Shown piece after piece: positions 59,587-64,000 of a DNA stretch of 64,000 nucleotides. Numbering within the stretch: position 1 is the stretch's first letter; each line of letters opens with the position of its first letter. A program made the translations under genes and the position numbers. The DNA is from Bacteroidia bacterium (GTDB taxonomy: Bacteria; Bacteroidota; Bacteroidia; NS11-12g; UBA9320). Where the stretch lies: assembly GCA_965216465.1 (NCBI GenBank), contig CBDCFW010000006.1, positions 288,001-352,000 on the forward strand. The letters are read 5' to 3'. The notes beneath the pieces were generated by a model. The model did no database searches. It was not told where the DNA came from and saw only the letters and a program-made list of their open reading frames with translations.

Positions 59587-62481
59587 ATGAAAAACTTTTT
59601 GTTTCTAACCGCCATCCTGCTTTCTGCACATTTCAGCTCTGCTAAACTAATTTCTGGCCCAACCACTCCCGTTCCTTCCTCAGGAACCACCAACGTTGAA
59701 ACTGGAGTGCAGCTTAGAGTCAAGCCTTCATTTTCGAGCAAGCGTGTAGTCTTTCAGGTTTCTAAGAATTCAAATATGAGTGATGCCATTCGTATGGATC
59801 ACGACAGGCATTATTCATCGTTTGCCTATGTTAGAGCCAAAGCTTTGGACTTAAATACAACCTACTATTGGCGAGCGAAATGTTTTTCAAGCAACAATGC
59901 CGACTCTTCAAACTGGAGTGACACGTGGAGTTTCACAACCAACGACTCACTAACAATTTATAGTCCAAGCATAAATAACTTTAATAGCTTATCTCGTCCG
60001 TGGATTTCATTTCATCGCGTGGGAGATTATGACAGTTTTGAAGTTCAATTGGATACGGTTAGCGACTTCAGCTCAAGCTTTATTCAGAAAGTATTTGCTA
60101 AAGATACTTTTTCAACTTGGTACACCGAATTTCGTTTCAACCATGTTGGTTACAACACTCCAATTTATATGAGAGGAAGAGGATTATCCGCTACCAATAC
60201 ATCCGATTGGTCCGAAACGAGAAATGGTAAAACCATCGACCGACCAAATTTTACTCGCGTTAATAACGATGCAACCATGTACACCGATTCTGCTGAGTTT
60301 TATTGGAGTTATTACAACTCCGAAGGTTACCAATTTCAGTTTGATACCACTCGATTATTCAACTCTCCTTCACTATACGACTCGAGCGATTTTAATGGAA
60401 TTCAAGATTTCAATAATTTTTTCACCTTCTATTTGCTCGATTTTGATCAAGAATACCATTGGAGAATTCGTTTTGTTTCGCCCATCGACACCGGGGTTTG
60501 GGTACACGATAGTTTTACTCCAAGAGGAATTGCAGGTAACTGGATGAGCTTTCAGTGGCCATACACTACAGATTACACTTTTAATGCTGTTCGAACCCTC
60601 CGCGGTGAGAATGGATATACCATTCAATTGGATACGAGTTTAGATTTCAATTCGCCGGAATTGATTGAAATTCAAGATTCAAATTTCACCATGCCTGTAA
60701 CTGAGTTACTTTATGGTGCTGAGTATTGGGTTCGTTCTAATATGTATCACGAAAAAGACACTTCAGATTGGTGCAGAGAACGAAAGTTCACTACGAATGG
60801 ATATGCTCGTTTAAGCTACCCGGGCTACCGAATGGATGGTGCCGGCGTTAGAGATAGCATCTTGTGGTGGAGTAGGCACGACGGAACAACGCATTACGAG
60901 CTTCATATATCCGAAAACCCAGATTTTTTGGACCCAATTTTGGATACCCTCGTACCTTTTGAAGGAGGTACATTGACACGTATCGATGGTACCAAATTTA
61001 AGTTTGGAACTAGATATTACGTTAAAATGCGGATGATGCATGCTTCTGATACTTGCGAATGGGACCATATTCAGTTCGATACCATGTGGTTTACGACTGA
61101 AGCAAGGCCAACTCTTAAATACCCAACTTCACACCTAGGATTTGGCCGCTACGCAGAAATGGAGTTTTCTTGGGATACCATGAAGCATGTAAGTAACTAT
61201 CAATTTTGGATTGACACCACAAGCAACTTTGATTCACCCTTCTTGTTAGACACTGCAGCTGTAGGAAAAGAAATAACCATTAACGAAATGCTTTTTGGCC
61301 AACAATACCATTGGAAGCTAAGGGGTATTTTAGAAGGCGACACCAGCGACTGGTCTGAAACTAGAACTTTTTATGTTCGTGAAAAGCCAAACTTAGATCG
61401 TCCAAGTAACAATTCACTGGTTCATTACAGTAGAAGCAGCTTAGATTGGCATTCCATCACAGGTACTACAGGTTACATTTTGGAATTAGATACCAATGCA
61501 AACTTTACCAATCCAAAAGTTTATACTAAAGATGAAGAGAACCCATTCTTCTTATGGTTTTTTGACGACCCTGGATTCAAGTTTGAGGAAACGTATTACT
61601 GGAGAGTTAAGGTTTATCATGCAAAAGATACTTCGCTTTGGAGTGACACTTGGAAGTTTACCATCAAACCACAACAATCTTCTGAATTGGTAGCACCTGT
61701 AGATGGAGCTGAAGATATTCACTACTATGTTCCATTCAAATGGACCAAATATCCGCTTGCGACGTTCTACAAGCTTCAGTATGCAACGAAACCAGACTTT
61801 TCGAATGCTGACGAGTACATTACTGCTGATACATTTGCAACACGCATGCTTCGTCACAATAACCACTATTATTGGAGAGTGCGGTCATTAAATTCTGACC
61901 AAAACGAATTTCACGATTGGTCTGAGGTGTGGGAGTTTAGCACCAAATCGGATATTGACGATGTAGTTCTAACAGCACCTGCAAATGGTAGTCGTACGGA
62001 TAAGAGCAATGTTTTGCTTCAATGGGAGAACTTGAAAGGACATACCTACTTCATTGAATTCAGTACCAATTCAAGTTTTGTTGGATCACAAAAGAAAACT
62101 TCAAATACCAACACAGTTCAATTTACCAATTTGGGGACAAATAAAGATTACTATTGGAAGGTAAGAGCAAAAACTCCTTATGGAGATGGAGCTTGGAGTG
62201 AAGTTTGGCATTTTGACACCAAAGATGGAGCTTCTATTATAGAAGCGGAAGGACAAAAACCTGCCATTGCTCCAAACCCAACTTCAGGTATAATGAAAAT
62301 CACCAATTTAAGTCTCGATCAGATTGATGCGATTAAGGTTTACGATCAATTGGGAAGAGAAACGGCTATTACACATGAAGGTGATGTAATCGACGCAACA
62401 CAACTTAGTGAAGGCATGTACTATGTGGTTATTGACTACAAAAATGGAACATCGTATCGCTTGAAGTTTGAGAAGTTGTAG
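59587..62481 (+). CDS. T9SS-secreted protein made of nine FN3/Ig-like repeats
   Basis: Repeated Y.xQxDT..F.SP / YYWRV...S.WS..W.F modules; CTD APNPT...VYDQLGR...LSEGMYYV...KFEKL. Confidence 0.85.
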   Translation: MKNFLFLTAILLSAHFSSAKLISGPTTPVPSSGTTNVETGVQLRVKPSFSSKRVVFQVSKNSNMSDAIRMDHDRHYSSFAYVRAKALDLNTTYYWRAKCFSSNNADSSNWSDTWSFTTNDSLTIYSPSINNFNSLSRPWISFHRVGDYDSFEVQLDTVSDFSSSFIQKVFAKDTFSTWYTEFRFNHVGYNTPIYMRGRGLSATNTSDWSETRNGKTIDRPNFTRVNNDATMYTDSAEFYWSYYNSEGYQFQFDTTRLFNSPSLYDSSDFNGIQDFNNFFTFYLLDFDQEYHWRIRFVSPIDTGVWVHDSFTPRGIAGNWMSFQWPYTTDYTFNAVRTLRGENGYTIQLDTSLDFNSPELIEIQDSNFTMPVTELLYGAEYWVRSNMYHEKDTSDWCRERKFTTNGYARLSYPGYRMDGAGVRDSILWWSRHDGTTHYELHISENPDFLDPILDTLVPFEGGTLTRIDGTKFKFGTRYYVKMRMMHASDTCEWDHIQFDTMWFTTEARPTLKYPTSHLGFGRYAEMEFSWDTMKHVSNYQFWIDTTSNFDSPFLLDTAAVGKEITINEMLFGQQYHWKLRGILEGDTSDWSETRTFYVREKPNLDRPSNNSLVHYSRSSLDWHSITGTTGYILELDTNANFTNPKVYTKDEENPFFLWFFDDPGFKFEETYYWRVKVYHAKDTSLWSDTWKFTIKPQQSSELVAPVDGAEDIHYYVPFKWTKYPLATFYKLQYATKPDFSNADEYITADTFATRMLRHNNHYYWRVRSLNSDQNEFHDWSEVWEFSTKSDIDDVVLTAPANGSRTDKSNVLLQWENLKGHTYFIEFSTNSSFVGSQKKTSNTNTVQFTNLGTNKDYYWKVRAKTPYGDGAWSEVWHFDTKDGASIIEAEGQKPAIAPNPTSGIMKITNLSLDQIDAIKVYDQLGRETAITHEGDVIDATQLSEGMYYVVIDYKNGTSYRLKFEKL

Positions 62482-62511
62482 ACTCTTGCTTTATATTTGA
62501 GTTCTTCTAAA

Positions 62512-62661
62512 ATGCTTAAAACGACTCAATTTCTTTCGATTCTATTTTTAGTGGTTTTGGTCATTTCCTGTAAGGAAGAGCCACACATAATCAATACTAC
62601 AAACGAAGTAGAAACGGATCAACCTTACCATCTATTTGAGCATTTAGCTCTTAGTAAATAA
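62512..62661 (+). CDS. 49-aa lipoprotein or truncated lipoprotein gene
   Basis: MLKTTQFLSILFLVVLVISC-KEEPH...SK*; TATATTTG at 62492-62499. Confidence 0.5.
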   Translation: MLKTTQFLSILFLVVLVISCKEEPHIINTTNEVETDQPYHLFEHLALSK

Positions 62662-62774
62662 AATAAATCACAATTTGATGTTGTGATTTAATAACTATTA
62701 GTACGAGTTTTGATATAGTATTGTCGGATAAATTCATAGATATTTGAGTACATTAACTAGCCAATTTACCTTCT

Positions 62775-64000
62775 ATGAATCATCCATATACTTTTAAAAA
62801 CAAATCACTTAAGCCCACTACATATGTAATTTTGATGTTTGCGATGCTGCAATTTGCCAATAATGTGAATGCACAATGTCCTGATGTCAATGACCTGGAC
62901 CTAAAACCATTTTATGACTCAATCACTAAAATAAATAGCCCTTGTTTCGCAAAATGGTATTCTAATGAGGAGCAACATAAATTGGCAATAGAAAAAATTG
63001 ATTACTATCTACTAGAGCTAAAAGATGTAGAGCTTACTAAAAATTACACAAGAGCAGGAAAACTAAGCGAAAATATAAATTATGATATTCTGGATTCACT
63101 TGAGAAGTGGAAAGATACATCGACAAATAGAGCGGACAAAAAGCACTACGACCAACTTGCGAAGGATGAGAAAGAACGCTTATTATCCAAAAGCTACAAT
63201 ATGCGATTTGGCCTGATGGAAAGTCTAGTGTTTTTAACTGGCATGCACAACAACTCTCCAATTTATGAAGTGAAAGGTTATCTTTCTTATATAAAGAATA
63301 GAGAAACTTTACGCGATCTTTATGCTGAATACACCTACTTGCAAAAGTTTAATAAACTCGACCTTCCTCTGAACGAGCACCTAATTCTCCGAAACTTGAA
63401 CGCAACTTCAGAAAGGCTTGAGTATATTGATGACAATAATTTGGCAATGTACAAAAGTTACTACTCAAAAAAAGATAGGTACAAGGGTGTATTGCTTGAA
63501 CATGGAAATGACATATTTATCGATGGAGGAAAACTGGGCATTAATCAAGACAGAGAAATGACAGGATCGTTTCGGCTAAGTGTTAATACTGATTATTTTC
63601 AAGCCCGTTTTTTAAACTACCATTGGCTACTTCAAAAGCTTACAAATAGAAAGGAAGAATATATCAATATTCTTCAAAGACCAGTTAATGAAGTATTAAG
63701 TTATCAATCTATATCTTTTGGGGGTGCTGGATACACACCTTACATAAGATATCAAGATAATTTTGAACTTGCAGACTCGTTTCATTTTCGTGATCGTCCT
63801 TTTGCTTCAAATATGTACATATCGCGTTCAAAATATAGATTGTGGCAACGTGGACTTTTAAGACATCATGGAGAATTTCAAATTGGATTAATTGGGAAAG
63901 AGTCTCCAGATGCCATTCAAGCGGTCTTACATCGCGATGTTGTTACTAGTTCTCAACGTGTTTATGGATGGCACAAACAAGTAGGCAACGGGGGCAGACT
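62775..64000 (+). CDS. LpxR/DUF2219-like lipid A deacylase barrel with long N-terminal extension, 3' end outside window
   Basis: Frame is open from ATG 62775 to the window end. GNDIF...DREMTGSF...YTP...DRPFAS...IGLIG...IQ..LH...GWHKQ matches the LpxR-family motif order. Confidence 0.72.
   Translation, partial: MNHPYTFKNKSLKPTTYVILMFAMLQFANNVNAQCPDVNDLDLKPFYDSITKINSPCFAKWYSNEEQHKLAIEKIDYYLLELKDVELTKNYTRAGKLSENINYDILDSLEKWKDTSTNRADKKHYDQLAKDEKERLLSKSYNMRFGLMESLVFLTGMHNNSPIYEVKGYLSYIKNRETLRDLYAEYTYLQKFNKLDLPLNEHLILRNLNATSERLEYIDDNNLAMYKSYYSKKDRYKGVLLEHGNDIFIDGGKLGINQDREMTGSFRLSVNTDYFQARFLNYHWLLQKLTNRKEEYINILQRPVNEVLSYQSISFGGAGYTPYIRYQDNFELADSFHFRDRPFASNMYISRSKYRLWQRGLLRHHGEFQIGLIGKESPDAIQAVLHRDVVTSSQRVYGWHKQVGNGGR

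Noticed and set aside
159-63261. Many short antisense or alternate-frame ORFs (for example 27264-27815, 28035-28448, 10805-11104, 29947-30324, 63037-63261)
   Set aside because: They are shadows of well-supported genes and have no motifs or promoters.
1-64000. CRISPR array, rRNA, IS element, prophage
   Set aside because: No regularly spaced repeats, rRNA-like sequence, transposase or phage structural genes recognised.

Overview
AT-rich Bacteroidota chromosome segment, identified by TAnnTTTG -7 promoters, absence of Shine-Dalgarno motifs, T9SS C-terminal domains and a DUF6089-uppS-bamA locus. It is mostly housekeeping and envelope genes: metH (5' partial), bshA, aroE, tsaB, lpdA, serS, maeB, dxs, bamA, uppS, folK, accA, and one tRNA-Phe(GAA). 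I saw no CRISPR array, rRNA, integrase or transposase. The most interesting signals are missing from the ORF track. (1) A six-gene creD/winged-helix locus carries two copies of a palindromic operator, ACTTTG-N5-CAAAGT; it is the best candidate for an undescribed regulated system. (2) A truncated GIY-YIG nuclease gene starts at the U-tract of the tRNA-Phe terminator and heads a small accessory islet. (3) A homopolymer frameshift removes the BshA C-terminus. (4) dxs has no ATG/GTG/TTG for its conserved N-terminus and probably starts at a leaderless CTG. (5) Several promoters look leaderless, and a second, ECF-like promoter class precedes envelope genes. (6) Two tandem barrel genes have near-identical 5' ends. 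(7) Several secreted proteins have unusual architectures. All family calls are from motif recognition by eye; no searches were run.
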